DNA from: an uncultured Candidatus Saccharibacteria bacterium
GTDB taxonomy: Bacteria; Patescibacteriota; Doudnabacteria; UBA920
Assembly (NCBI GenBank): GCA_964453405.1
Contig: CAYVOF010000001.1
Coordinates: 1,531 to 65,530, forward strand
Length of the DNA: 64,000 nucleotides
Direction: 5' to 3'
Below the pieces are notes generated by a model. That model ran no database searches and was not told where the DNA came from. It saw nothing but the letters and a program-made list of their open reading frames with translations. Both the position numbers and the translations under genes were made by a program. This document shows, one piece after another, positions 18,938-29,103 of the stretch. How positions within the stretch are numbered: the first letter of the stretch is position 1; the number at the start of each line of letters is the position of its first letter.

Positions 18938-19429
18938 TTAATTGCACCAATCTATATCTAGACAAGTAAATGGTGTTTTAATTGTTCTGTCGCTGTTAAA
19001 GCGATTGAACGGTGCTATGAAGACATCATGACTCATTTTGTCGTATTGTTCTACAATTTCTGTATAACGATTTGCTCCATAATAACCACTGAACTCAGGA
19101 TACGAGATCCTGGTTCCACCGCGATCATATTCGATATTTCGGCGTATGGTTTTGGCTTCTTGGGCCATCGCTTGGAATTTGCGGTACATAACTTGTTTGC
19201 CTTCTTCGGTCTGCAGGTAAACAATTTCTGACTTGTCCCCGAAATATGGTTTGATCGAGTTAATGCCTTCCATATCGCTTTTATGGGCGAAGTAACTCAC
19301 CGTCATTATCATCCCTGTTGCCAGTATTAGTATGACTACAGAGAAAGTAACAAACCAGAGTTTTGTTGGTTGTCCATTTTTTGCAAATAATTGTTTCCAA
19401 TTTTTCATACTTTCCTCCAAAATTTTCAT
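18938..19429 (-). CDS. Single-pass membrane protein (163 aa) with an extracytoplasmic domain. Last gene of a three-gene minus-strand cassette.
   Basis: TM helix LWFVTFSVVILILATGMIMTVSYFA, then a soluble domain (YFGDKSEIVYLQTEEGKQVMYRKF...). No family recognised. Confidence 0.4.
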   Translation of the reverse strand: MKILEESMKNWKQLFAKNGQPTKLWFVTFSVVILILATGMIMTVSYFAHKSDMEGINSIKPYFGDKSEIVYLQTEEGKQVMYRKFQAMAQEAKTIRRNIEYDRGGTRISYPEFSGYYGANRYTEIVEQYDKMSHDVFIAPFNRFNSDRTIKTPFTCLDIDWCN

Positions 19430-19669
19430 TTAAACTTTCAACCCGCATCCAGAGCAATGCTGGTATTCTTCACCAAATAGTTCTGCGACTTGGGACGATC
19501 CACTTTCTGGGTGGCCATCCTCACAATCTTTGTCAGCTGCTGCGAATGCCAATCCTTTCCCCTGTGTGATACTTATATACACCTTAAGGTTAAAATTATT
19601 ATTTCGCTCCCCGCAACCGATGCAGAATTTTTTTGTAACGGACATAGCATTACATAAATCACATGCCAT
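19430..19669 (-). CDS. Small cysteine-rich zinc-ribbon-like protein (79 aa)
   Basis: CDLC near the N-terminus, then CIGCGE and CSGCG knuckles. Its stop abuts the start of the downstream gene. Confidence 0.4.
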   Translation of the reverse strand: MACDLCNAMSVTKKFCIGCGERNNNFNLKVYISITQGKGLAFAAADKDCEDGHPESGSSQVAELFGEEYQHCSGCGLKV

Positions 19670-19685
19670 ATAGATATTCCTCCGG

Positions 19686-19940
19686 TTATTTTACTAGCTC
19701 AACAGTGTTTGAGTTTGTGGCTTTACGATTATCGGGCGCAGAATCGGTTAGTGCCATTATTCCGCAGAGCACAAGTGCAAATGCAGCAAAACTCATGAAA
19801 AGCCATAAAATTTTGCGGTTGAAGTCAAGATAGCGTTGTGGGTTAGAGTTTAGGACTCGAAACGGTTTTTTTGGAACCGCTTCCCATTTCCAACCCCATT
19901 CGTATTTATTGGAACCATCCTTTCGATTTCCACTTTCCAT
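19686..19940 (-). CDS. Small membrane protein (84 aa). First gene of the minus-strand cassette.
   Basis: Trp-rich N-terminus (YEWGWKWEAVPKKPF) followed by one TM helix. Confidence 0.35.
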   Translation of the reverse strand: MESGNRKDGSNKYEWGWKWEAVPKKPFRVLNSNPQRYLDFNRKILWLFMSFAAFALVLCGIMALTDSAPDNRKATNSNTVELVK

Positions 19941-20055
19941 TTATATTGCCTCCTTAGCATATTTAGACACATTATACTTAAAATAGGCCAAAATGTCAAT
20001 ATAGGTAATTTGGCTTAGTTTTGGTATAATTTAGGGACTAAATTAACATATATTC

Positions 20056-21522
20056 ATGAGCGAACGACTAGAAGACATTATCAATCATCGCAAGCAAAAA
20101 CTCGAGAATTTAAAGGCTGCGGGGCAAGATCCATATCCATCAACTACTGACCGGACTCATTCTAACCAAGAAGTTTTAGAAAATTTTGAAACTCTAGAGA
20201 GTCAGCACCAGCAAGTTACTATTGTTGGGCGTATTCGCAGTATGCGCGGTATGGGCAAATTGATTTTTGCGCATATTGATGACGGCACCAGCCGCATTCA
20301 AGTTTTACTCAAAGCAGATGATATTGGAGAAGAACGCTTTGCCTTCTTTTTAGATAACTATGATCTCGGCGATTTTATCCAAGCTACTGGAAAATTGTTT
20401 ATCACCAAGACTGAAGAGAAAACTGTTCAGGCATACGACTACAAAATGTTGGCTAAGTCGTTGCGACCGATTCCGAGCGATCACTTTGGTTTGCAAGATA
20501 CCGAAACAAAATTGCGTCAGCGCTACCTCGACATCATGCTTAATCCAGAAACTAAAGATTTGTTGGTTAAGCGCACAAAATTTTGGACAAGCATTCGTGA
20601 CTTCTTAGTTAAGAATGGTTATTTGGAATTAGAAATGCCGATTCTCGAACCAATTCCTGGTGGTGCCGAAGCCGAACCATTTGTAACTCATCATAATGCG
20701 CTTGATCGTGATTTTTATCTCCGCATTTCTTTGGAGTTACCACTCAAAAAAATGCTTGTCGCCGGCTACGAAAAAGTTTTCGAAATTGGCCGCATCTTTA
20801 GGAACGAAGGAATTTCTACAACTCATTTACAAGACTACACAGTGATGGAGTTTTATTGGGCTTATGGCGACTTTGAAAAACTACAAAAGTTTTTACAAGA
20901 AATGTACCAGTATGTACTGCAAGAAACTTTTGGCACCCTGCAAATTACTAGTGGTGGTGTAACTTGCGATTGGAGCGGTGATTGGGAAAAAGTTGATTAC
21001 ATGGCTTTATTTAAAAAACACACTGGCTTAGATTTAGAAACAGCTACCGATGATGATCTAAAAGCTTACGCCAAAGAACAGCACATAAAGTTTGAAGACT
21101 TTGCTCAGCGTGGTCGTTTGATAGATTTAATCTTTAAAAAGGTTCGAACAAATATTAAAACCGATAAACCTGTATTTTTAGTTAACCAACCAATAGAACT
21201 TGAACCTCTTGCAAAGCGTGATCCAGAAAATCCAAAGGTTGTTCAGCGTTTGCAGATCGTGGCTTATGGTACAGAGTTAGGTAAGGGTTTTGGCGAACTT
21301 AATGATCCAATCGATCAATTGTCTCGTTTCCAAGATCAGATGAAGTTGCGCGAAGCAGGCGATAGTGAAGCTCAGATATTGGACGAGGATTACATCGAGG
21401 CTATGGAGTACGGAATGCCTCCTGCCGCAGGATTTGGTCTGTCACAGCGTGTATTCTCGGTGTTGTCCGACCGATCTATTCGAGAGACAGTTATCTTCCC
21501 ACCAATGAAAGAAAAGGAGTAA
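20056..21522 (+). CDS. lysS: Lysine--tRNA ligase (class II)
   Basis: N-terminal OB-fold anticodon-binding domain and class II core (FRNEGISTTHLQDYTVMEFYWAY; C-terminal GMPPAAGFGL). Confidence 0.9.
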   Translation: MSERLEDIINHRKQKLENLKAAGQDPYPSTTDRTHSNQEVLENFETLESQHQQVTIVGRIRSMRGMGKLIFAHIDDGTSRIQVLLKADDIGEERFAFFLDNYDLGDFIQATGKLFITKTEEKTVQAYDYKMLAKSLRPIPSDHFGLQDTETKLRQRYLDIMLNPETKDLLVKRTKFWTSIRDFLVKNGYLELEMPILEPIPGGAEAEPFVTHHNALDRDFYLRISLELPLKKMLVAGYEKVFEIGRIFRNEGISTTHLQDYTVMEFYWAYGDFEKLQKFLQEMYQYVLQETFGTLQITSGGVTCDWSGDWEKVDYMALFKKHTGLDLETATDDDLKAYAKEQHIKFEDFAQRGRLIDLIFKKVRTNIKTDKPVFLVNQPIELEPLAKRDPENPKVVQRLQIVAYGTELGKGFGELNDPIDQLSRFQDQMKLREAGDSEAQILDEDYIEAMEYGMPPAAGFGLSQRVFSVLSDRSIRETVIFPPMKEKE

Positions 21523-21524
21523 AA

Positions 21525-22070
21525 ATGGCTTTGCAATTCATCACTGGAAATAAAAATAAGTTAGAAGAAGTTCAAGCCATGATTCCAGAAGTGGAACAGT
21601 TGGATGTTGATTTGCCCGAGGTACAAGACATAGACCCACAGGTTATAATTAGTTCTAAACTTCAAGAAGCATTTAAACACCACGATGGAGAATTTATTGT
21701 CGAAGACACCTCGCTTTACTTTGATGGTCTAAATGGTTTACCCGGTCCGTTAATTAAATGGTTTTTAAAAGCCTTAGGACTTGATGGTTTGGCTAATCTA
21801 GCCATTAAGCTCGGTAATACTAAAGTCACTGCAAAAACTATTATTGGTTACGCAAAAAGTAAAGATAGTATAGAATTTTTTGAAGGTGCTGTGGACGGTC
21901 AAATAGTTAGTCCGCGCGGCGAAACCAGATTTGGGTGGGATCCAATCTTCTTACCAAATGGTTATGAAAAAACTTACGCCGAAATGTCGCCAGAGGAAAA
22001 AAACAGTATGAGCCATCGTCATAAAGCAGTTAGCAAGTTAGCCGAACATTTAAAGTCTCAAAAGAATTAA
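21525..22070 (+). CDS. rdgB: Non-canonical purine NTP pyrophosphatase (Ham1/RdgB, ITPase)
   Basis: FITGNKNKLEE N-terminal motif plus FGWDPIF and SHRHKAV motifs of the Ham1 family. Confidence 0.85.
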   Translation: MALQFITGNKNKLEEVQAMIPEVEQLDVDLPEVQDIDPQVIISSKLQEAFKHHDGEFIVEDTSLYFDGLNGLPGPLIKWFLKALGLDGLANLAIKLGNTKVTAKTIIGYAKSKDSIEFFEGAVDGQIVSPRGETRFGWDPIFLPNGYEKTYAEMSPEEKNSMSHRHKAVSKLAEHLKSQKN

Positions 22071-22079
22071 AATATTGAT

Positions 22080-23426
22080 ATGTTAGACATAAAATTTATT
22101 CGAGAAAATACAGACGCTGTAAAAAAAGCTATCACCGACAAAGGTGTTGATTTAGATTTAGATCATTTAATTGATGTCGACACCAAGCGACGTGAGTTGT
22201 TGGCAGAAGTAGAAGGTCTGCAAGCAACGAAAAATAATTTTTCCAAAGAAATTCCAACTTTAGCTGATGCAGATAAACAAGCCAAGTTGTTAGAGATGAA
22301 AGAACTCGACACCCGTCAAACTGAGTTAAAAGAAAACCTGCGCGCAATTGACGAAGAGTACGCTAAGCTCATGTTGTATGTGCCAAATATTCCTTCACCA
22401 GAATCACCAGTGGGTAGTGATGAGAGTGGTAATGTAGCTTGGAGTTATTGGTCGCCAGAATTAGGTCATGTTGATCCTAAAGACACTGATAAAGTTGCGC
22501 AGGTGCCTACTAAACTACCTTTTGAAGCCAAAGACCATATTGCCTTGGCAACTAACTTAGATTTAGTAGACTTTGAACGTGGGACCGAAGTATCAGGTTT
22601 TCGCGGTTACTTTTTAAAGAACGAAGCCGTATTAATTCAATACGGACTATTTAGCTATGCGATCAATAAGCTCCGAGCTAAGGGCTTTACAATCATGCAA
22701 ACACCCACACTTGTGCGCGAATTTGCTTTGCAGGGAGCAGGAATGTTTCCGGCTGGCCGTGGCGAAGTATATCAGGTGGCAAACGCGGCTGGTTTAGAAA
22801 ACGAAGATAAAGAGAAGCAGTATTTAGCCGGAACATCTGAACCTTCGTTAATTGGCTACTACGCCGATCAAATTTTGGAAGCTCATCAATTACCGATTCA
22901 GGTTTGCGGAATTTCACCTTGTTATCGCAGCGAAGCCGGCAGCTATGGTAAAGACACTAAAGGTTTGTATCGCGTTAAAGAGTTTATGAAGGTTGAACAA
23001 GTTGTAATTTGTAAAGCTGATGAAAATGAAGGTGAAAAATGGCTCGAGGCACTTCGCGAAATAAGTGAAGAAATTTTGCAAGACTTAAAGTTGCCTTACC
23101 GCGTATTAAATATCTGTACTGGTGATATGGGAATGGGTAAGTACAAAATGTATGACATCGAAACTTGGATGGCTGGCCGCGGCAATTACGGTGAAACTCA
23201 CAGCGATTCTAACTTAACAGATTGGCAAGCCCGCCGACTCAATATACGTTATCGTGATGCCGATGGTACAATTAAGCACGCTTATACTTTAAACAACACC
23301 GCTGTAGCAAGCCCTCGCATTCTAATTCCGATTTTAGAAAATTATCAGCAAGAAGACGGTAGCATTAAAGTTCCAGAAGTCTTAGTGCCTTACGTTGGTA
23401 CTGACGTAATTAAAAAGAAGTCTTAA
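22080..23426 (+). CDS. serS: Serine--tRNA ligase
   Basis: N-terminal coiled-coil arm and class II catalytic domain (GTSEPSL, CYRSEAGSYGKDTKGLYRVKEF). Confidence 0.9.
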   Translation: MLDIKFIRENTDAVKKAITDKGVDLDLDHLIDVDTKRRELLAEVEGLQATKNNFSKEIPTLADADKQAKLLEMKELDTRQTELKENLRAIDEEYAKLMLYVPNIPSPESPVGSDESGNVAWSYWSPELGHVDPKDTDKVAQVPTKLPFEAKDHIALATNLDLVDFERGTEVSGFRGYFLKNEAVLIQYGLFSYAINKLRAKGFTIMQTPTLVREFALQGAGMFPAGRGEVYQVANAAGLENEDKEKQYLAGTSEPSLIGYYADQILEAHQLPIQVCGISPCYRSEAGSYGKDTKGLYRVKEFMKVEQVVICKADENEGEKWLEALREISEEILQDLKLPYRVLNICTGDMGMGKYKMYDIETWMAGRGNYGETHSDSNLTDWQARRLNIRYRDADGTIKHAYTLNNTAVASPRILIPILENYQQEDGSIKVPEVLVPYVGTDVIKKKS

Positions 23427-23450
23427 ATTATAGCCTTAAATAATAAATAG

Positions 23451-24716
23451 ATGAAAAATTTTGTGCAGCGTTGGTTGGCGAGTCTAGCTCGGCAAATCAT
23501 AGCTAAACACAAACCTAAAATAATTGGCATAACTGGCAGTGTCGGTAAGACCTCTACCCGTGACGCAATTTATGCTGTAGTCTCTACAGCATTTTCTGTG
23601 CGCAAAGGTAGTAAGAATTTTAATAATGAATTTGGTTTGCCTTTTGCGGTTTTAGGAGCCGATGCACCAGGTCGCAATCCGTTTAATTGGTTATGGATTT
23701 TTGTGAAAGGCTATTTTACTTTGTGGGTCGGTAGTTACCCACAAGTGTTAGTTTTAGAAATGGGTGTAGATAAAACAGGCGATATGGATTATTTATTGTC
23801 GATAGTTAAGCCAGATATTGCCGTGCTAACAAATATTGGTATCTCCCACTACGAATTTTTTAAATCGGTGGAAGCTGTAGCAGAAGAAAAAGGTAAGCTA
23901 GTTGAGGCCTTAACTCAAAATGGCACAGCGATTTTAAACGCGGATAATGACTTAGCCAAACAACAAGCTAATAAGGCAACCAACAAAGGCGCTAAAGTTA
24001 TCACCTATGGTTTTAGTGATAGTGATGTGCGATTAAAAATTGATTCCGAAAATTTTATTGCACCAGCTTCTACCAATTTTGAAATCATTACTCATTACAA
24101 TAATTTTAAAGCAACAGTCAAAGCAATTGGCTTGCCGCATTTAAGCGCAGCAGCAGCGGCTGTGGCAGTCGGATTAAATTTAAATATTTCACAGGAAGAT
24201 ATTATTAAAGGACTGGGTAAATATAAACCTATGGTTGGGCGATTAAACTTTTTAGCAGGAATTAAAAAAACTACTATCATTGATGATAGTTATAACTCTT
24301 CACCGGATTCTGTTAAAGCGGCTATTCAAGTTATGAAACGAATCCCGCAACAAAAAAAGATTGTAATTTTAGGGGGTATGCTTGAACTCGGTGATATTAG
24401 TCAAGATTTTCATGAACAAATTGGTGAAGTTGTTGCTGATTTAAATCCAGACAAATTTTACGCAGTAGGTGAATTAGCCAATGCCATGCTAGATGGCGCC
24501 GTCGCTGCAGGTTACCCAGAAATTAAAACAATATGGTTTAAAAATAGCCAAGTTGCTAAAGATGCGATTCGTGATCAGATAGAACCAGAATCAATAATTT
24601 TAATTAAAGGTTCTCAAGGTGTGCGTATGGAACGCATTACAAAAGAATTATTACTCGATCCAATGAGTGCGACCAATGTATTACCACGTCAGTATGGTGG
24701 CTGGTTAAATAGCTAA
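23451..24716 (+). CDS. murF: UDP-N-acetylmuramoyl-tripeptide--D-alanyl-D-alanine ligase
   Basis: Mur ligase P-loop IIGITGSVGKTSTRD and C-terminal Mur ligase domain. It lies upstream of ddl. Confidence 0.75.
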   Translation: MKNFVQRWLASLARQIIAKHKPKIIGITGSVGKTSTRDAIYAVVSTAFSVRKGSKNFNNEFGLPFAVLGADAPGRNPFNWLWIFVKGYFTLWVGSYPQVLVLEMGVDKTGDMDYLLSIVKPDIAVLTNIGISHYEFFKSVEAVAEEKGKLVEALTQNGTAILNADNDLAKQQANKATNKGAKVITYGFSDSDVRLKIDSENFIAPASTNFEIITHYNNFKATVKAIGLPHLSAAAAAVAVGLNLNISQEDIIKGLGKYKPMVGRLNFLAGIKKTTIIDDSYNSSPDSVKAAIQVMKRIPQQKKIVILGGMLELGDISQDFHEQIGEVVADLNPDKFYAVGELANAMLDGAVAAGYPEIKTIWFKNSQVAKDAIRDQIEPESIILIKGSQGVRMERITKELLLDPMSATNVLPRQYGGWLNS

Positions 24717-24729
24717 TTTTAAAAACTGA

Positions 24730-25842
24730 ATGGCTAAATCTAGAAACAAAAATAAAAAGAAAATTAGAGTGGGGGTTATTTTTGGTGGTAAGTCTTCGGA
24801 GCATGAAGTGTCGCTTCAATCAGCAAAAAGTATTATCATCGCGCTCGATCCGGACAAGTATGAAACTGTTTTGATCGGTATCGACAAACGTGGTCGTTGG
24901 CAGCTTCAGGATAATTCAAAATATTTATTAAACAGCGCTGATCCTAAATTAATCAAATTAAATAAATCTAACACTAACTTGTCGCTAGTGCCGGGTACAA
25001 ACGGTCAGCAAATGATTGTACCGATTAGCTCTAAGTCAGCGCCTTATATAGATGTGGCTTTTCCGGTCTTGCATGGTACATATGGCGAAGATGGAACCGT
25101 ACAAGGCTTGTTAGAGGTCTTAGATATCCCATTTGTAGGTGCCGGGGTGCTTGGATCAGCTGTGGGCATGGATAAAGATGTGATGAAGCGTTTGTTGCGT
25201 GACGTGGGCTTGCCGATTGCTAAGTTTGTAACGGTGTTGCGCGGGCAGGTTGTTAGTTTTTCAAAAATTAAAAATCAGCTCGGGATGCCTGTGTTTGTTA
25301 AACCAGCTAATAATGGTTCGTCGGTTGGTGTGAGCAAGGCTTCAACGAAAAAACAATTTGAGCTAGCGATTAAAGAAGCTTTTTTGTTTGATAATAAAAT
25401 TTTAATAGAAGAATTTGTTAAAGGCCGCGAGATAGAAATTTCAGTTTTAGGAAACGAAGCGCCGATAGCTTCGGTAGCTGGTGAGGTTATCCCAAGCCAT
25501 GATTTTTATTCGTATGACGCTAAATATATAGATGAGCAAGGCGCAGCGCTGCAGATTCCTGCCAAATTGCCAAAACCGGTCTTAAAGAAGATGCAAAACG
25601 TGGCTATCGCAGCTTATCAAACACTTTGCATCGAAGGTATGGCACGCGTGGACATGTTTCTTACAAAAAACAATCGTATTGTGATTAATGAATTAAACAC
25701 TATTCCGGGGTTTACTAAAATCAGCATGTACCCAAAATTATGGGAAGCTTCGGGAGTGAGTTATTCAAAGTTACTGGATGCGCTGATTAAATTAGCAATT
25801 GCGCGTCATAATCGACAAAAGAAATTAAAAACTAGTTTGTAA
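24730..25842 (+). CDS. ddl: D-alanine--D-alanine ligase
   Basis: VGVIFGGKSSEHEVSLQSA N-terminus and ATP-grasp motifs (VFVKPANNGSSVGVS, MARVDMFL...NELNTIPGFT). Confidence 0.9.
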   Translation: MAKSRNKNKKKIRVGVIFGGKSSEHEVSLQSAKSIIIALDPDKYETVLIGIDKRGRWQLQDNSKYLLNSADPKLIKLNKSNTNLSLVPGTNGQQMIVPISSKSAPYIDVAFPVLHGTYGEDGTVQGLLEVLDIPFVGAGVLGSAVGMDKDVMKRLLRDVGLPIAKFVTVLRGQVVSFSKIKNQLGMPVFVKPANNGSSVGVSKASTKKQFELAIKEAFLFDNKILIEEFVKGREIEISVLGNEAPIASVAGEVIPSHDFYSYDAKYIDEQGAALQIPAKLPKPVLKKMQNVAIAAYQTLCIEGMARVDMFLTKNNRIVINELNTIPGFTKISMYPKLWEASGVSYSKLLDALIKLAIARHNRQKKLKTSL

Positions 25843-26972
25843 TGTTTTTCAAAAAGAAAAAACCAAAACTTGATGCTAAGGTACGATTTCAGCACAAGCA
25901 ATTTACGACTAAGCTTGGTTCAGCGCGTTCGTATCGTCGTACTGCTGTTGCAGTACCAGAAAGCAAATTGCAACGCTGGTTGGCTAATATTGGACTCGGT
26001 TCAAAATGGTCACAAATTTTAGTTGGCTTATTTGTACTCGTGATTATTTATTTAATCTATTTACCAAACTTTTTAACTATAAAAGAAATAAAAATTTCTG
26101 GTTTGTCTGAATCACAAACCCATGATTTGGATAGTAGAATTCGTGATCAAATTACAGAAGTCGGTTTTTATAGAGCGCAAAACAATTTATTTTTATTCAA
26201 TGACGATTTAGCTAAAACTGCAGCAGCAAAATTAGCTAGCGTTAATTCAATTTTGCAAGTCAAAAAAGATTATAAAAATCAGACATTAATAATAGTGGCC
26301 GAAAGTAAATACGAGAAATATTTAGTCGCTACTCAGGAAAAAGTTTTTGATGTTTACAATGACGGCACTTTCAAAGCCGAAGCAGGTGTAGCAAGAGATA
26401 ATTGGATTAATATTGATAACCCGAATATGATAAAAGTTGAGTTGTATGAAAATGCTAACTCACAAAATGGTCAGCAGTTTTTTGACCCAACGCTTCAGCA
26501 GTTTATCAGTACTTTAAATGACCGGCTTAAAATTATGGAAAACTTTAAGATCGCTTATTATAGTTTTCATGATCCAAAAGTTGATCGTGTAGTAACGCAT
26601 GATGATATCGCAGAGCAGGTTCAATCTGCAGAAAAACCGGCAACTGCTTCGGCAGCAATTTCTACCAGTGAAGATATTGAACCAGCTTCGACAAGTGAAG
26701 CGCAAACCACTCCTACAGCTCAAGAAAATCCGGAATTAAAATTACCGTTCAACAGCTCGGAAGTTAACGTGGTGTTCTATAAAGGCGCAGACAAAAAACG
26801 ATTCTTTAAGGTTATTTTTGATGCAACTCGAGATTCTCAAAAAACCATGGAAGACCTAAAATTATTATTAGCACAAACTGCTCCGGATAGGTTCAATCAA
26901 TTAGATTATATTGATATGCGTATTGATTCTAAGGCATTTATCTGTTTACTAAATGCGCCTTGCGCTAAATAA
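25842..26972 (+). CDS. ftsQ: Cell division protein FtsQ/DivIB-like (POTRA domain) with an acidic S/T-rich C-terminal extension
   Basis: Basic cytoplasmic N-terminus, one TM helix and POTRA-like IKEIKISGLSESQTHDLDSRI, in the murF-ddl-ftsQ position. Start overlaps the ddl stop. Confidence 0.5.
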   Translation: MFFKKKKPKLDAKVRFQHKQFTTKLGSARSYRRTAVAVPESKLQRWLANIGLGSKWSQILVGLFVLVIIYLIYLPNFLTIKEIKISGLSESQTHDLDSRIRDQITEVGFYRAQNNLFLFNDDLAKTAAAKLASVNSILQVKKDYKNQTLIIVAESKYEKYLVATQEKVFDVYNDGTFKAEAGVARDNWINIDNPNMIKVELYENANSQNGQQFFDPTLQQFISTLNDRLKIMENFKIAYYSFHDPKVDRVVTHDDIAEQVQSAEKPATASAAISTSEDIEPASTSEAQTTPTAQENPELKLPFNSSEVNVVFYKGADKKRFFKVIFDATRDSQKTMEDLKLLLAQTAPDRFNQLDYIDMRIDSKAFICLLNAPCAK

Positions 26973-27016
26973 TTAAAATAAAACTCCTTATAAAATGAGG
27001 AGTTTTAAGTATCATT

Positions 27017-27472
27017 CTAATTTCCGGTAGTGTTACCACCTCCGGTGCGACATTCAATTTGTCTTACACCTGTATCTAGATTGTCTCTTATCTTGCCTGT
27101 TGGTGTTGCATTGTGACGCTCGCATGTGTCTGGTGATGTAATCCAAAATGTTGAACCTAGTAAATCACTAGATGTTGAGGTGTCTGTACCTTTTGGTACC
27201 CAGGGCGGAGTGCCGGTGTTAGCTTTTGTTGAAGTACTAGTACCTTTTTGATCACATCCAGTGGATGTCCAAGTTCCACCCCATCTCTCACAGCAAGATT
27301 GGCTAGAGTTAGCATCACAACTATTTTTCATGCTAGCATCCGAATGAGTTCCGTCTAAGCTAGCTAAAGGCCCTGCTCCATACATGCGAGCTGTAAACAT
27401 CCAGCCAATTAGTGCACCGACTAGGAATATAACAACACTTTTTACAATGTCTTGATTATTCATTTTTTTCAT
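27017..27472 (-). CDS. Secreted/membrane-anchored cysteine-rich protein (151 aa)
   Basis: N-terminal hydrophobic anchor, then about 8 Cys plus G/T/S-rich segments (SCDANSSQSCCERWGGTWTSTGCDQKG...). No family recognised. Confidence 0.4.
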   Translation of the reverse strand: MKKMNNQDIVKSVVIFLVGALIGWMFTARMYGAGPLASLDGTHSDASMKNSCDANSSQSCCERWGGTWTSTGCDQKGTSTSTKANTGTPPWVPKGTDTSTSSDLLGSTFWITSPDTCERHNATPTGKIRDNLDTGVRQIECRTGGGNTTGN

Positions 27473-27539
27473 TTGTATTAATTTACTTATCTATATTATA
27501 AAGTTTTGAAACAGCATCAACAAACTAGTTGTCCACAGC

Positions 27540-29099
27540 TTAATTAACTCGATACTCAGTAACCACAACCCAAGTTCCAACATATGGCCGTACTTCGGCA
27601 AAACCGTGCTCGTCGATTTGGGTCCAGTTTGTCGGTACGATTGGTTTACTGCCTCCAAAACCTGTTGTCCAAACCATCCACACGGTACTTCCTTTAGTAG
27701 CGTCACTAAAGTTTAGTAACAAGTCTGATTCAGTCAAAATCGCAGTACCGGCGTAGTGTGGCAAGTTTTCAACATGATTACCATTGGTGTACAACAGAGG
27801 CGCGATACCAGACTTGTTGTAATATTTGTAATTAAAGAATTCAAAACTGCTGGCCACAATAATTTTGTGATCGTTTTGAGCATTAGCATTAATAATGCTA
27901 GATAATGCAGCCATGCCAGGTTTTTTATCAACTTGTAATTCGTGCCAATAATACCAAGTGCCAAATAAATTTAAAACAACGAGCGTAATTAGGAATAAAT
28001 ACTTCAAACCACGAATCTTAATTTGCTCGAGCCACAAAGCAATCATTATTAACAAGAAAGGCGAGGCGAATAAAAAGTATCGCACTAAATAAACAGAAGA
28101 TGTTTCACCCTTCAATTTTGCTAAGATGGCGAACATGATACTACCAGCAAATGGGGCGACAAACAAACCGATTACTAACCATTTCCCAGTTTGTTGGTAA
28201 GATTTGATTATGCGAATTGTAAACCAAATGGTTGCCAGTAAAATTAATACCATAACAAATTTATACGGTGCGCCAATATGAATTATTAAGTCATATAGTG
28301 TACTTGGAATGCTCCAGACGTCCATCGGCGGAATCCAGTAACCCGCCCCAACTTGTTTGAATTGAAATAAAAAGATTTTAAGCCAAGGTAAAAATAGAAC
28401 GCCAATGCCGATTCCGGATAACAATAATAATGCGTAGCGCGAGAACTGCCATCGAAAAGTTTTCCAAAGATGAAAGATTCCGTATAACCCTAAGCCTACC
28501 ACTGAGAAAAGTAAATAGTAGTGGGTATAAGTTAAGATGCTGGCGCTAACAGTAAAAGCTGTGTAAGCCGCAACTACTTGGCTTAGCTTGGGCTTTAAAA
28601 TTATTCCAGTTGGTAAGTAGTAGTTTTTGGTAATCTCCAAAGCCTTCACTAACAAATAAGCAGTTAGGACCACAAAGAATGCACCCATGGTGTACATGCG
28701 CGCTTCGGTTACATATTGAATCTGAAATGGATTAAGTGCAACCAAGGTCGCAGCCATTAACGCAGTATTGTTATTTGCAAAAACTTTTTTTACTAATAGA
28801 TAGGTGATAATAATAGTGGCGACACCAAACAGCACCGACAATCCACGCAAGCTATATAACGAATCACCTAACACATAGTGCCAAAATCGTAAGAAGTAAT
28901 AGTACATTGGTGGATGTACATCCAAACCAATGCGGTAGGTCATTTCGCCCCATGAGTATTTAATCAATAAGGCAGAAAAAGCTTCGTCATGCCAAAGAGA
29001 AATAGCAGTGAGTTTGTATAGGCGTAAAAGTATGCCCGCACCAGTAATGCTGAGTAGGATCCAATTTCGATTTAAAAACGCGTTGAGTTTTTGTAGCAT
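27540..29099 (-). CDS. GT-C fold glycosyltransferase, PMT/ArnT-like (GT39/GT83 family)
   Basis: Polytopic membrane protein with LWHDEAFSAL in the first periplasmic loop, the signature of the dolichyl-phosphate-mannose/ArnT family. Confidence 0.65.
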   Translation of the reverse strand: MLQKLNAFLNRNWILLSITGAGILLRLYKLTAISLWHDEAFSALLIKYSWGEMTYRIGLDVHPPMYYYFLRFWHYVLGDSLYSLRGLSVLFGVATIIITYLLVKKVFANNNTALMAATLVALNPFQIQYVTEARMYTMGAFFVVLTAYLLVKALEITKNYYLPTGIILKPKLSQVVAAYTAFTVSASILTYTHYYLLFSVVGLGLYGIFHLWKTFRWQFSRYALLLLSGIGIGVLFLPWLKIFLFQFKQVGAGYWIPPMDVWSIPSTLYDLIIHIGAPYKFVMVLILLATIWFTIRIIKSYQQTGKWLVIGLFVAPFAGSIMFAILAKLKGETSSVYLVRYFLFASPFLLIMIALWLEQIKIRGLKYLFLITLVVLNLFGTWYYWHELQVDKKPGMAALSSIINANAQNDHKIIVASSFEFFNYKYYNKSGIAPLLYTNGNHVENLPHYAGTAILTESDLLLNFSDATKGSTVWMVWTTGFGGSKPIVPTNWTQIDEHGFAEVRPYVGTWVVVTEYRVN

Positions 29100-29103
29100 T
29101 TGC

